Shown here piece by piece: positions 18,032 to 28,368 of a DNA stretch of 64,000 nucleotides; position 1 is the stretch's first letter; each line of letters opens with the position of its first letter. The stretch covers positions 32,001 to 96,000 of the IMG/VR virus record IMGVR_UViG_3300015171_000001; one strand, written 5' to 3'. Position numbers and translations under genes: made by a program. Source of the DNA: a virus. The notes below the pieces were generated by a model that was not told where the DNA came from, did no database searches, and worked only from the letters and a program-made list of their open reading frames with translations.

Positions 18032-18682
18032 ATGGCATTTTTAGACAATCAAACAATAAGCGTAAACGCAATTTTAACAAAAAAAGGCAGAGAACTGCTT
18101 GCCTCTCAAGGTGCGTTGAATATCACATCATTTGCTTTGGCAGACGATGAGATTGATTATTCATTATATGACCCAAATCATCCAAATGGATCTTCTTACT
18201 ACGATGTTGCCATAAGAAACACTCCTATTCAAGAGCCATTCTCAGATGAGACTCAAGTTCTAAAATTTAAATTGGTGACTTTACCTTCTGGCGTAACTAG
18301 CATCCCAATAATAACATTAGATAGAAGTTCTATTATTGTAAATATTAATAATTATAGTGGACAATTCACAATTACGCCTTCCACAAATCCTTCTTATAAT
18401 ACAACGCTCGGATATACTGCGATATTATCAAATAAAAATGCCGGAACAATTGTTGGACAAAATTTACCAAATACCAATGCAACAGTTCCTAGTTTTATTG
18501 GAGATGCCGAATCTACTACAGCACAGGTTGCTATTGGATTAAGTTTTATTTTCATACCTAATACGTCTATTACAACAAATATTACCACACGATTAACCAT
18601 AATTGGGAATGAAAGTGGGGGAAATGTATCTATTCCAATTACTGTATATAATAATACACTACCATCTTCATTACTAAACTAA
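18032..18682 (+). CDS. baseplate/tail structural protein
   Basis: AILTKKGRELLA..ITSFALADDEIDY resembles fibre/baseplate-attachment N-termini. Confidence 0.6.
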   Translation: MAFLDNQTISVNAILTKKGRELLASQGALNITSFALADDEIDYSLYDPNHPNGSSYYDVAIRNTPIQEPFSDETQVLKFKLVTLPSGVTSIPIITLDRSSIIVNINNYSGQFTITPSTNPSYNTTLGYTAILSNKNAGTIVGQNLPNTNATVPSFIGDAESTTAQVAIGLSFIFIPNTSITTNITTRLTIIGNESGGNVSIPITVYNNTLPSSLLN

Positions 18683-18683
18683 T

Positions 18684-19769
18684 ATGAGTACAAGCTTTAT
18701 TTTCAAAGATTTTCAATCCACAGATGTAGTTACTGGGAGAATACAAAGTGTGTCCAATCCATTGTGGACATCTGGAGATTTTGAATTAAATAATTTTTAT
18801 ACTTCTAGTATACAAACAATTATTACTGGCGCAAATGCATTAGAACCATTATCTGGTTTATATTATTTAAATGTATATGATTCCGATCCAAATATAGATC
18901 CAACAGCAGAGATTCAATTTTCTATTTCTTATGGGAATCAAGTCGGTTCTGGTAGTTTTTCTTCTGTAAATTCGGCATCAATTTATCCCACACAAACAAT
19001 TTATACACAGTATAAAAACATCATATTATCTCCAAATGAAAGTCAATTTACATTTGCAACCGCCAGTTTTAATAATGGAATTGCATCTCAAGATATTTAT
19101 GTGATAAGTATTTCTGGAAATAGATATAAAGAAAATTTTGATGCTGGTCAGTTCCAATTTGCTTTATATGGAAATAATGGAATTTCATATTTCATCGACG
19201 ATTCCTCTCAATCTACTCAAAATGGAGTATCTACAAATAATGTATTTAATATTGTTTCTGGAACATTAGACGATGGAATTTATCTACAAAATGGAAGTTC
19301 TAGCTTATATGCCGGATTGGTGTATCCAACAATTGGAACTATTATTTTATATCCAAAGGCTTTGGGTGATATTGTTGGATCAAATTTATATCCAAATACA
19401 AGTTCAAATGCAACACAATTAAATCAATATAGATTATTTTCAGCAATTTCGAATGTATTTTCAACAAATTCCGGCTCATTTATCGCAAGATCAACCGAAT
19501 ATATTCCATCTGAACAATATTTTATAAGAGCGGGAAATCAAGAATTTAATTATAGCAATAATCCAACATTTGTGTTGTCAAATCAAACAAATCAATCATT
19601 AAATGGGCAATTATTGTTTACTAGTTTTTATACAGATCCACATACATATGTGACTACTGTTGGATTATATGATGCAAATAATGACTTGGTTGCAGTCGCT
19701 AAATTAAGTCAGCCTATTGAAAAAACTTTTGAGAATGAATTATTAATAAAGGTAAAATTAAACTTTTGA
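18684..19769 (+). CDS. baseplate/tail structural protein
   Basis: C-terminal YVTTVGLYD..LVAVAKLSQP domain shared with 20302..23382. Confidence 0.65.
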   Translation: MSTSFIFKDFQSTDVVTGRIQSVSNPLWTSGDFELNNFYTSSIQTIITGANALEPLSGLYYLNVYDSDPNIDPTAEIQFSISYGNQVGSGSFSSVNSASIYPTQTIYTQYKNIILSPNESQFTFATASFNNGIASQDIYVISISGNRYKENFDAGQFQFALYGNNGISYFIDDSSQSTQNGVSTNNVFNIVSGTLDDGIYLQNGSSSLYAGLVYPTIGTIILYPKALGDIVGSNLYPNTSSNATQLNQYRLFSAISNVFSTNSGSFIARSTEYIPSEQYFIRAGNQEFNYSNNPTFVLSNQTNQSLNGQLLFTSFYTDPHTYVTTVGLYDANNDLVAVAKLSQPIEKTFENELLIKVKLNF

Positions 19770-19775
19770 TGAAAA

Positions 19776-20165
19776 ATGTCTTTATATCCTACTCCGACTC
19801 CCGATCCATTTTTAATTTTAACATCAACTGTGCCATTACAGCCTGATTATATTCCAGTACCTGCATATTTCACTTATCCAACACCAACAGCAAGTCCTAC
19901 ATCACCACCAGATTGTGGTCCATTTACTAATTCTTTATATCCATCATTCTCATACTTAATAAGTTCATCAACAGTAACATTTATTAATACGACAATATCC
20001 AATACGAAAATATCTGGATATAATTGGGATTTTGCAGATGGATTCACTGGCTATGTAAAAAATCCCACGCATAAATATGCAACTCCAGGAACTTATAATG
20101 TAAATCTAACAGAAATGACAATTACTGGATTAACAGCATCCTTTACTCAATCTTTGACTATATAA
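19776..20165 (+). CDS. PKD-domain protein with Pro/Thr-rich linker
   Basis: VTFINT..YNWDFADG..NPTHKYATPGTYNVNLT. Confidence 0.85.
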   Translation: MSLYPTPTPDPFLILTSTVPLQPDYIPVPAYFTYPTPTASPTSPPDCGPFTNSLYPSFSYLISSSTVTFINTTISNTKISGYNWDFADGFTGYVKNPTHKYATPGTYNVNLTEMTITGLTASFTQSLTI

Positions 20166-20170
20166 ATTAT

Positions 20171-20302
20171 ATGATTAAGCCTATAAAGCAATCCAATATA
20201 ACTGTAAATCAATTTAAAGTATTTAAAAATTGGCACATTTATACAATTCCAAATACGTTATATACCGGATCATTATTAGTTAATACAACCAATAGTAATT
20301 AA
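20171..20302 (+). CDS. 43 aa ORF translationally coupled to the next gene (not in ORF track)
   Basis: MIKPIKQSNITVNQFKVFKNW..; stop overlaps the next ATG (TAATG). Confidence 0.5.
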   Translation: MIKPIKQSNITVNQFKVFKNWHIYTIPNTLYTGSLLVNTTNSN

Positions 20303-23300
20303 TGTCTCCGAATATACCACAATTTGTTTATATAGATTCTAGAGATGTAACACAAGATGTAAAAATTCTTGAGGGGATTTCTGGTTCTGGAACATTTTTT
20401 GAAACAATAGATAAGAGATATAATTCATTAAAGAATCCAATTAATTGGGACAACTCTTATAAACGGATTATTTATAGTACATACAAACATATGTTTTATG
20501 AATATATAAATCAACCCGATTATCTATTTGGAGTTGAAAGAGATAATGATGGGCCTGATGGACAATTTGAAGTAAGAAATATAAATGATAGAATTACTGT
20601 TTTAAAACTTCCTCAACCATTATTTGGAGAAACTATTGTCCCAAATACTGTTAAAATAAATGATAGATCAAATTTAAGTACAGAATTAAATATTACAGAT
20701 GATGGATATAGTAATTTAATATTTTCGACACAAAGTATTATTACTACAGGATCTTTTGTTGGAAATAATTTTAACAATATTGAGGAAATTAATGCCGAAA
20801 TAAATCCAGAAATTTATTTAGACCCGCAATATAGAAAATATGATCCAGTGAATGAAAGATATGGATATGCCGTTTCTTCTTGGGATAATTACTTATTAGT
20901 TGGGTCTCCTATGGACACAAATAGTTTTTGTAGTTCTAAAACAGGAAAGGCCGATTTATTAAAATTTGATATAATTGAACAACAATATAGATACATAAAA
21001 ACATTTTATAATATCTATACACAAAATGGATTTGCAACAGAAGAATCTAGTGATGGATCTGAATTATTCATAAATGAATTTGGAGAATTTTTAACAGAAA
21101 ACACATCATCTGTAAATGATAGATTTGGCCAATCAGTATCAATAAATGAATCATTTTCAGCTATTGGATCTTTAGAAAATTGTGGGTGTAATTTTAATGA
21201 TCAATGCGGAGCGGTATTCATTTATGATAAATATAAAGGAGGGGCTGATAATTGGGGATTAATTAATTTATATGTTGGAGAATCAATTGGGGATCAATTT
21301 GGATATTCAGTATCTATTACTGATGATTGGTTGGCGGTGGGTGCTCCATATTTTAGTGGGTCTGGGGCAGTGTATATTTTCAAAAAGGAAATTATTGGAC
21401 AAACAATACCAACAAGTTCTATAACAAGAACATTTCAAAATGAACTTTATAGTATAATAAATTGTCCACCAACACTAATCGACGAAATTACTGATGAAGA
21501 TTTAATAGACGAATTACAATATACAGGTCCATCAGGATCTATTAATGATAACAGTTATCAATTTTATCAAAGAATTCCATCTCCAAATAATTTATCAAAT
21601 GATTGTTTTGGAGGAAGTTTGCAATTAAGTGGAAGTATTTTAGTTGTTGGAAATTGTAAAATTAATCCAACTGGAGATGTCAAACTTTTCCATTTAAATC
21701 AACTAGGAACCGGCTCATATTATGGAACCGGATCATGGGATTTATTTCAATCCATAACAGGATCAATTACACAAACAGGAAATGTTAATTTCTTTAGTTC
21801 ATCAATTGTTCCAGTAACACACTCGCTACAATATTTTGGAAATGCGGTTTGTCTAAATAATAATTTATTATTCATAGGTTCTCCTAGTGACAAATGGTAT
21901 TATGAATATCAAGGAGCAACAACATTATATAAATCTGGCGCAGTTTATATTTATCAATATAATTTATCATCCTCGTATAATTTTGTTGATAAAATATTTG
22001 CAAATGAAATAGATTCAAGAACAGATGAATTTGGTTGTTCAATAGATTCTAAAAATAATTTAGTGGCAATTGGAGCGTTAATAGGAGATCAAATAATTTC
22101 GGCATCATATGTGCCAACATCTTCTGGAACAGGATCTTTTATTATACAACACTACCAAGATTATGCTCAAAGTATAGACGATATTAACCATGTTAATGGA
22201 AAGGCATATTTTTATGAAATACAGACTTTTCTTGGAAATTATTCAGAATTAATTCCACTACAAAATGTTAAAGAAAATAAATTATATGCTGCTCCAAAAC
22301 GACAATATGGGTGGAGCGTAGCTGTTTCGGATAATGGTTATGCTTTTATCGGAGATCCTTTATTTTCCTATCAAAATCCAACAAGTTCTGCTTTTTATGA
22401 TCAAAACATATTAAGAAATAATTATCCATATTTTTATTCTGGGTCTGTATTCGCATATAATCTAAACTCATTAACCGGATCAATAAATTCCAATATTTTA
22501 GGAAATGTTTTTTATAAAAATGGAATTATAACCATAACAGCAACTGGATCGAATATAAATAATACAATAAATCCCGCACAAAGTAGATTTGGATTTGATA
22601 TTGAATATGTTTCTCAGCACACTATAAATGAATACGAAATTATTTGTCCCGTAGAAATTGGAGAATTTAATGTATCTACAAATCCATCATCAGTTATTAG
22701 ATCTAGAATTTTATTTGACGTAAATAACGATGGGGTATTTGATGAAAAAGATTTAGATTTAATTTTAAGATTCATAAATAAATTAATTCAATATAATTCA
22801 CAAACATTAAATAATTCTAGTTTTGAAGATGAAAATGGATTTATATTGGAACAATCAGAAGATTGGTGGAATCCATCGGTATTAATTACGGAAAATATCG
22901 ATGTTATATATGTTAATTCTATTTTACAATCCTTGCCTTCACAAGAAGATTTTATTATTGATTCGGAGATTAATCAATCCACATATGATTATTTGATATT
23001 TTTATTTAATTCTGGATATTTGGATTTAAATGGAGACAATACGGTTAATTCTAAAGATATGGCTATATTGATTAATTATTTTTATTCCAATTTTGATTTT
23101 AAAGGAATTAGAAATAATATAGGATCTTTAAAAAATGCGACTACTATTATTACCAATTTAAATCAATATACTGGTAAAAATAATGGGATTTATATAGATG
23201 GGAATTTTTTAAATTATGCAGAATCGGCATCTATAGACAAAACCGGAAGTTATTTGGCTCCATATGTTACGACAGTTGGCTTATATTCAAACTACGAATT

Positions 23301-23382
23301 GGTTGCAGTGGCTAAATTGGCCAAGCCTTATAAAATAACTTCGGAATTTCCAATAAATTTTCGTATTACTTTTGATTTTTAA
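20302..23382 (+). CDS. tail/baseplate protein with FG-GAP beta-propeller and dockerin/EF-hand-like loops
   Basis: Repeats FGYSVSI..LAVGAP..GAVYIF; DVNNDGVFDEKD and DLNGDNTVNSKD; C-terminal TTVGLY..AVAKL. Confidence 0.75.
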   Translation: MSPNIPQFVYIDSRDVTQDVKILEGISGSGTFFETIDKRYNSLKNPINWDNSYKRIIYSTYKHMFYEYINQPDYLFGVERDNDGPDGQFEVRNINDRITVLKLPQPLFGETIVPNTVKINDRSNLSTELNITDDGYSNLIFSTQSIITTGSFVGNNFNNIEEINAEINPEIYLDPQYRKYDPVNERYGYAVSSWDNYLLVGSPMDTNSFCSSKTGKADLLKFDIIEQQYRYIKTFYNIYTQNGFATEESSDGSELFINEFGEFLTENTSSVNDRFGQSVSINESFSAIGSLENCGCNFNDQCGAVFIYDKYKGGADNWGLINLYVGESIGDQFGYSVSITDDWLAVGAPYFSGSGAVYIFKKEIIGQTIPTSSITRTFQNELYSIINCPPTLIDEITDEDLIDELQYTGPSGSINDNSYQFYQRIPSPNNLSNDCFGGSLQLSGSILVVGNCKINPTGDVKLFHLNQLGTGSYYGTGSWDLFQSITGSITQTGNVNFFSSSIVPVTHSLQYFGNAVCLNNNLLFIGSPSDKWYYEYQGATTLYKSGAVYIYQYNLSSSYNFVDKIFANEIDSRTDEFGCSIDSKNNLVAIGALIGDQIISASYVPTSSGTGSFIIQHYQDYAQSIDDINHVNGKAYFYEIQTFLGNYSELIPLQNVKENKLYAAPKRQYGWSVAVSDNGYAFIGDPLFSYQNPTSSAFYDQNILRNNYPYFYSGSVFAYNLNSLTGSINSNILGNVFYKNGIITITATGSNINNTINPAQSRFGFDIEYVSQHTINEYEIICPVEIGEFNVSTNPSSVIRSRILFDVNNDGVFDEKDLDLILRFINKLIQYNSQTLNNSSFEDENGFILEQSEDWWNPSVLITENIDVIYVNSILQSLPSQEDFIIDSEINQSTYDYLIFLFNSGYLDLNGDNTVNSKDMAILINYFYSNFDFKGIRNNIGSLKNATTIITNLNQYTGKNNGIYIDGNFLNYAESASIDKTGSYLAPYVTTVGLYSNYELVAVAKLAKPYKITSEFPINFRITFDF

Positions 23383-23406
23383 TTTTATATTTATATTTAT
23401 TATATT

Positions 23407-23631
23407 ATGGCAGACAATACCTTTAACAGACCTTCATTAACAACTAATCTCGTTGCAAGATATAATAATCTTGGGGGGAAATATGATCCAATGGCCGTAC
23501 ACTTTTTCCAAAGTGTTTTTGCACAAGGATTTACATTAAATGAGACGACAACTGAATTTACATTTCAGGCATCAACATATGCTCCAACAGGGAACGAAAT
23601 TACACCATATTATGTAGGTGTAAATGCATAA
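23407..23631 (+). CDS. hypothetical protein
   Basis: 74 aa, preceded by the late-type motif, coupled to ruvC. Confidence 0.6.
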   Translation: MADNTFNRPSLTTNLVARYNNLGGKYDPMAVHFFQSVFAQGFTLNETTTEFTFQASTYAPTGNEITPYYVGVNA

Positions 23632-24146
23632 TGATATTTTTAGGACTAGATTTATCCACTACAACATGTGGATGGGCGTTTACTGAAAACAATTCTTTAA
23701 ATAATAAAAATATATTGGATTGTGGATTTTTAGATATATCCAAATTTTCTTCACATAAAGAAAAAGCAGAATTTATAATTTCTGAATTAGATAAAAAAAG
23801 TATTGTTTTTGATGAAATAAATTTAGAAGCTGCATTGGGTGGTTGGTCTGGTGGGGGTGGTAATATGCAAACAGTTATAAAATTAGCAAGATGGAATGCT
23901 GTATTTGAATATATTCTTTCCGAAAATTATAATATAAAAATAAATTTATCTAATGCTGTTACAATGCGAAAACAAATTTTAGGAAAATGTTTTATAAAAG
24001 GGGTTAAACCAAAAGATTTTGTTAAAGAACACCTTGAAAAAATGTACGATTTAAATAAATGGCTTATTTTAAATAAAAAAGGAAATGAAGACAAAAGAAT
24101 GTCAGACATCAGAGACGCTATAATTTGTTCGTTGTATCGACCATGA
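23631..24146 (+). CDS. ruvC: RuvC-like Holliday junction resolvase
   Basis: LGLDLSTTTCGW, INLE, K.FV, SDIRDA catalytic pattern. Confidence 0.8.
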   Translation: MIFLGLDLSTTTCGWAFTENNSLNNKNILDCGFLDISKFSSHKEKAEFIISELDKKSIVFDEINLEAALGGWSGGGGNMQTVIKLARWNAVFEYILSENYNIKINLSNAVTMRKQILGKCFIKGVKPKDFVKEHLEKMYDLNKWLILNKKGNEDKRMSDIRDAIICSLYRP

Positions 24147-24192
24147 CTTAATATAAGTTTATTTTATTTGGAACCTCGTCTATTATTTATAG

Positions 24193-25143
24193 GTGGATAT
24201 TGTTTTAGAACAAAAATTAATAGATCTTCTTAATAGAACATTAAATCAATCCCCGATTGTTAAAAATACAAAAAACGGGAGACAATTTATTTATTATTCT
24301 CCATTTATTTCACACAGAAAAAGAAAATTGGAAGTAAATTTTCCCACAATGAAATGGCATTGTTGGATATCAAATAAAGGCGGATTTAGTATAAAAAGTC
24401 TTATTTTTAAAATAAATCCACCAGAATGCATTTTAAGAGAATTACAATCTTTATTAAAAGATGAACCAATAAAATTCCACAGTGAATTTTCAAAAACAGA
24501 AGTTATTTTAAAACTCCCAGACGAATATATTCCTTTAATAAAAAAATCAAACACAATAGAATATAAACATGCTATAAATTATTGCAAAAAAAGAGGACTA
24601 TCAATATTAGATATTTTTAGATATAAAATTGGTTATTGTATAGAAGGAAAATATAAAAATAGAATAATAATTCCTTCATATGATTCAAATTTCAATATAA
24701 AATTTTTTGTCGGCAGAAGTTGGTATTCAAATTCAACTTTACCATACTTAAACTCGCCATTTTCAAAAAATATTATAGGATTTGAATCTTTAATTAATTG
24801 GAAGTATCCAATTGTGTTAGTGGAAGGCAGCTTTGATGCAATTTCTGTAAAAATAAATGCTATTCCGCTTTTTGGAAAAGTTTTGTCTGAAAATTTAATA
24901 CTCAAAATTATAGATGAGGGAGTAAAAGAAATACATGTTTGTTTAGATAATGATGCTCTTTCCAGTAATTTGAGAATATGTGAAAAATTCTTAAAATATG
25001 GAATCAAAGTAAAATTCATAAATTTGCTAGAAAAAGACCCTTCTGCAATAGGTTACAAAAAAATCACAGAAATAATACAAAATACAGATTATATTGATGA
25101 ATTTTCATTGTTAAAATTTAAAATTAAATATGGAATAAAATAA
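24193..25143 (+). CDS. DNA primase (TOPRIM)
   Basis: RIIIPSYD..FFVGR, LVEGSFDA, CLDNDA, KDPS; N-terminal zinc-finger region WHCW. Confidence 0.9.
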   Translation: MDIVLEQKLIDLLNRTLNQSPIVKNTKNGRQFIYYSPFISHRKRKLEVNFPTMKWHCWISNKGGFSIKSLIFKINPPECILRELQSLLKDEPIKFHSEFSKTEVILKLPDEYIPLIKKSNTIEYKHAINYCKKRGLSILDIFRYKIGYCIEGKYKNRIIIPSYDSNFNIKFFVGRSWYSNSTLPYLNSPFSKNIIGFESLINWKYPIVLVEGSFDAISVKINAIPLFGKVLSENLILKIIDEGVKEIHVCLDNDALSSNLRICEKFLKYGIKVKFINLLEKDPSAIGYKKITEIIQNTDYIDEFSLLKFKIKYGIK

Positions 25144-25144
25144 A

Positions 25145-28100
25145 ATGGACTATAAAATAACAAAATTAGAGACACAAATTTCAAAGGTCAAAAGAATATT
25201 TCATATAGGAGATATTCATCTTAGACTATTAAAAAGACATGATGAATACAATGTCGTGTTCAATAAAATGTTCTCAAAATTTTCAGAAATTGGTTTGGAA
25301 GATAGTATAATATGTATTTTAGGAGATTTGGTTCATTCAAAAGTAGAATTAAGTCCAGAATTAATTAGAGAATGTTCTAAATTTTTAAAAAAATGTGCGG
25401 AACTATGTCCAACAATATTAATTGCTGGAAACCACGATGCCAATTTAAACAATAAAAATAGATTAGATTCATTAACTCCCATTGTGGACAGTTTAAATCT
25501 TAAAGATCTATTTTATTTAAAAGACACCGGATTATATCAATTTGCCGATTGTCTTTTTTCTAATTTTAGCGTATTCGATCATAATAATGTCGAGAAATAC
25601 ATTAAAATGACCAAAGTTCCAAAATCTATTAAGCGAAATGCCTCTCATTTAATTGGGTTATTTCATGGTCCCTTACATAATTCCATAACAGACGTTGGAT
25701 ATAGGGTGGATAATAAATCGTTGTGCCTAGACCTATTTGACGGACTGCATACTGTATTGTGTGCAGATATTCATAAAAGACAGACATTACAAACACGAGA
25801 TGATTTAAATGACAAACCAATTGTTATTTATCCAGGGAGTTTAATTCAACAAAATTATGGTGAAACATTGGAAAATCACGGATTTTGTTCATGGGATTTG
25901 ACTAATCAAACACATAAATTTTATGATATTGATAATGATTATGGATTCTGTACATTAGAAATAATGAATGGGAAATTAATATCTCCATTATCAACTCTCA
26001 CTAAAAACACCAGACTCCGATTAAAATGCACAGATACTTTGCCATCAGAAGTTAAAAAAATACTCGAAAAAATACAAGAAAAATTTAACATCGAAGAAGT
26101 TTGTTATTTAAAGGATTCTACAATAGAAAAATCTAGAAATAATTTAAATGAATTAAAATTAGAAGATGTTCATAATGTTGAATATCAGAATTCTTTAATA
26201 AAACAATTCTTAATTCAAGATTCAATTGATGTTGATGTTTTAGAAGAAGTTTGTAATATAAATAAAGAAATTAATTTGTCGATAATTAAAAATGACAAGG
26301 CACAAAACATAAAATGGATTCCAAAGAAATTTGAATTTTCTAATATATTTTCTTATGGAGAAAATAATGTTCTTGATTTTTCAAAAATGAAAGATCTCAT
26401 AGGACTCTTTTCAAAAAATGCGTCAGGAAAATCGAGCCTTTTCCACATATTATCTTTTTGTTTATTTGACAAATGTTCGGAAACTTCCAGAACAGCAAAA
26501 ATGATGAATACTCAAAAAGATACATTTAAATGTAAATTTAATTTTTTATTAAATGGAGAAGACTATTTTATCGAAAGAATTGGGAAAAAAGACAAAAAAG
26601 GAAATGTTAAGGTTGATGTTTCTTTTTATAAAATAAAAAATGGGAATAAATTGGAATTAAATGGAGAAGGCAGATATTCAACGAATGACGTTATTCGAGA
26701 TTATGTTGGTACATTTGATGATTTTATATTGACTTCATTATCATTGCAGGGAGGGAAATCACTATCTTTTATTGAGTTAGGACAAACAGAAAAGAAAGAT
26801 TTATTAATCAAATTTATGGGAATTGATGTGTTTGATAATTTAGAAACATGTGCCTCAAAAAAATTACAAGAAATTATATTGGACCTAAAAAAAGATAATA
26901 TTGAACAATTGAATCAAGACTCTTCGGATTATTCAAAAAATTTAGAGTTTTTATTAGAAAATACTGTTGAAATAAAAGAGAAACTATCGATTGAAAATGA
27001 TCAATTAAATAACATAACAACTTTGATTGAAAATGAGAATAAAAAATTAATCCCATTGCAATATGTTCCAAAAAAGTCTTTAGAACAATATAAAAAAGAT
27101 TTGGTTATTAAAAAAGAAAACGAAATTTCAACACTTTCTTCTATATCGGAAAATAAAAATATTGAAAAACAACTGTCTATAGAAATAGAAAAGCTGACAA
27201 TTTATAAAGAAAAATTTGAAGAAACTAATTTGTTAAATAATGTTACGGAGTACCAAAATATATCAAAAGAATTGGAGATTAAAACACATTGTTTTGAAAA
27301 AGAAAAGGTTATAATTAACTCTAAAATAGAAAAGTTAAAAAATCTAGAATCTCATAAATATGACCCATCTTGTCAATATTGTATCGACAATGTATTTGTA
27401 AAAGATGCTATTAAAACAAGAGAAGAACTAATCACAGATAAATTAAGGATGTCTGAATTAATTAATAAACTTTCCGAATTAAAAAATAAAAAAGAATCCT
27501 TTGGGGATATATTAGAACAATATGAAAAATATAAAAAGTTATTGGAAGAAATTAATAACAAAAATAAAAAACAATATCTAATATCAAATACATTGTTAAA
27601 ATTACAAAATGAATTACAATCTATTTCTTCAAGTGTTTTAAACATAGAATCCGAAATAAATCAATATATCCAGAGTGAAGATAATATAAAACACAATCTA
27701 ATTATCGAAAAAAATATTGTTGATCTAAAAAATAAAAGGAATGTAATCAAGTCTACTCAAACAGAATTAAATAGTTTGTTATATAAAAATGCGACAAAAC
27801 AATCTAGCATAGAAGATAAAATTGTTTATTTAAAAAATAGAATATTGGAAATTGGTTCTTTGGAAAAAAAGAAAGATTGTTACGAACTGTACATTTCTTC
27901 TATTTCTAGAAATGGAATTCCCAATATGTTAATTGAGAGAAGTGTTCCTAAAATTCAAGACGAAGTAAATAATATATTAAGACAAATTGTCGATTTTACT
28001 CTAGAAATTTTCATAGAAGATAAAGATGTTTATAGTAATATTGTTTATGAAGATAAAAAATCTTCTTTAGAATTAGGAAGTGGAATGGAGAAATTTATAT

Positions 28101-28351
28101 CATCTCTTACATTGCGATGTGCTATATCTAATATTTGTCACTTGCCAAAATCAAACTTCCTTGTTATAGACGAAGGATTTGGTCAATTGGATAGTGATCA
28201 TTTCCAATCAATTGTTACATTTTTTAATTTTTTAAAAACACAATATGAATTTATTATTATAATAAGTCATTTGGAAGCTATGAGGGAATTGGTAGATTGT
28301 CAATTGGAAATTAAAAAAGAAGGTTCTTTCTCTAAAATTGAATATCTCTGA
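25145..28351 (+). CDS. fused Mre11/SbcD nuclease + Rad50/SbcC ATPase (gp47-gp46 fusion)
   Basis: GDIH, GDLVH, GNHD, DIHKRQ, YPGS; then NASGKSS Walker A, coiled coil with CQYC hook, GSGMEK signature, LVIDEGFG.LD, IISH. Confidence 0.92.
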   Translation: MDYKITKLETQISKVKRIFHIGDIHLRLLKRHDEYNVVFNKMFSKFSEIGLEDSIICILGDLVHSKVELSPELIRECSKFLKKCAELCPTILIAGNHDANLNNKNRLDSLTPIVDSLNLKDLFYLKDTGLYQFADCLFSNFSVFDHNNVEKYIKMTKVPKSIKRNASHLIGLFHGPLHNSITDVGYRVDNKSLCLDLFDGLHTVLCADIHKRQTLQTRDDLNDKPIVIYPGSLIQQNYGETLENHGFCSWDLTNQTHKFYDIDNDYGFCTLEIMNGKLISPLSTLTKNTRLRLKCTDTLPSEVKKILEKIQEKFNIEEVCYLKDSTIEKSRNNLNELKLEDVHNVEYQNSLIKQFLIQDSIDVDVLEEVCNINKEINLSIIKNDKAQNIKWIPKKFEFSNIFSYGENNVLDFSKMKDLIGLFSKNASGKSSLFHILSFCLFDKCSETSRTAKMMNTQKDTFKCKFNFLLNGEDYFIERIGKKDKKGNVKVDVSFYKIKNGNKLELNGEGRYSTNDVIRDYVGTFDDFILTSLSLQGGKSLSFIELGQTEKKDLLIKFMGIDVFDNLETCASKKLQEIILDLKKDNIEQLNQDSSDYSKNLEFLLENTVEIKEKLSIENDQLNNITTLIENENKKLIPLQYVPKKSLEQYKKDLVIKKENEISTLSSISENKNIEKQLSIEIEKLTIYKEKFEETNLLNNVTEYQNISKELEIKTHCFEKEKVIINSKIEKLKNLESHKYDPSCQYCIDNVFVKDAIKTREELITDKLRMSELINKLSELKNKKESFGDILEQYEKYKKLLEEINNKNKKQYLISNTLLKLQNELQSISSSVLNIESEINQYIQSEDNIKHNLIIEKNIVDLKNKRNVIKSTQTELNSLLYKNATKQSSIEDKIVYLKNRILEIGSLEKKKDCYELYISSISRNGIPNMLIERSVPKIQDEVNNILRQIVDFTLEIFIEDKDVYSNIVYEDKKSSLELGSGMEKFISSLTLRCAISNICHLPKSNFLVIDEGFGQLDSDHFQSIVTFFNFLKTQYEFIIIISHLEAMRELVDCQLEIKKEGSFSKIEYL

Positions 28352-28368
28352 TATACTTATAGAGTATA

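Noticed and set aside
23631-24146. RuvC ORF as TnpB/Cas12-like effector
   Set aside because: Only 171 aa, no zinc ribbon or split RuvC, no adjacent array or non-coding gap; fits a resolvase
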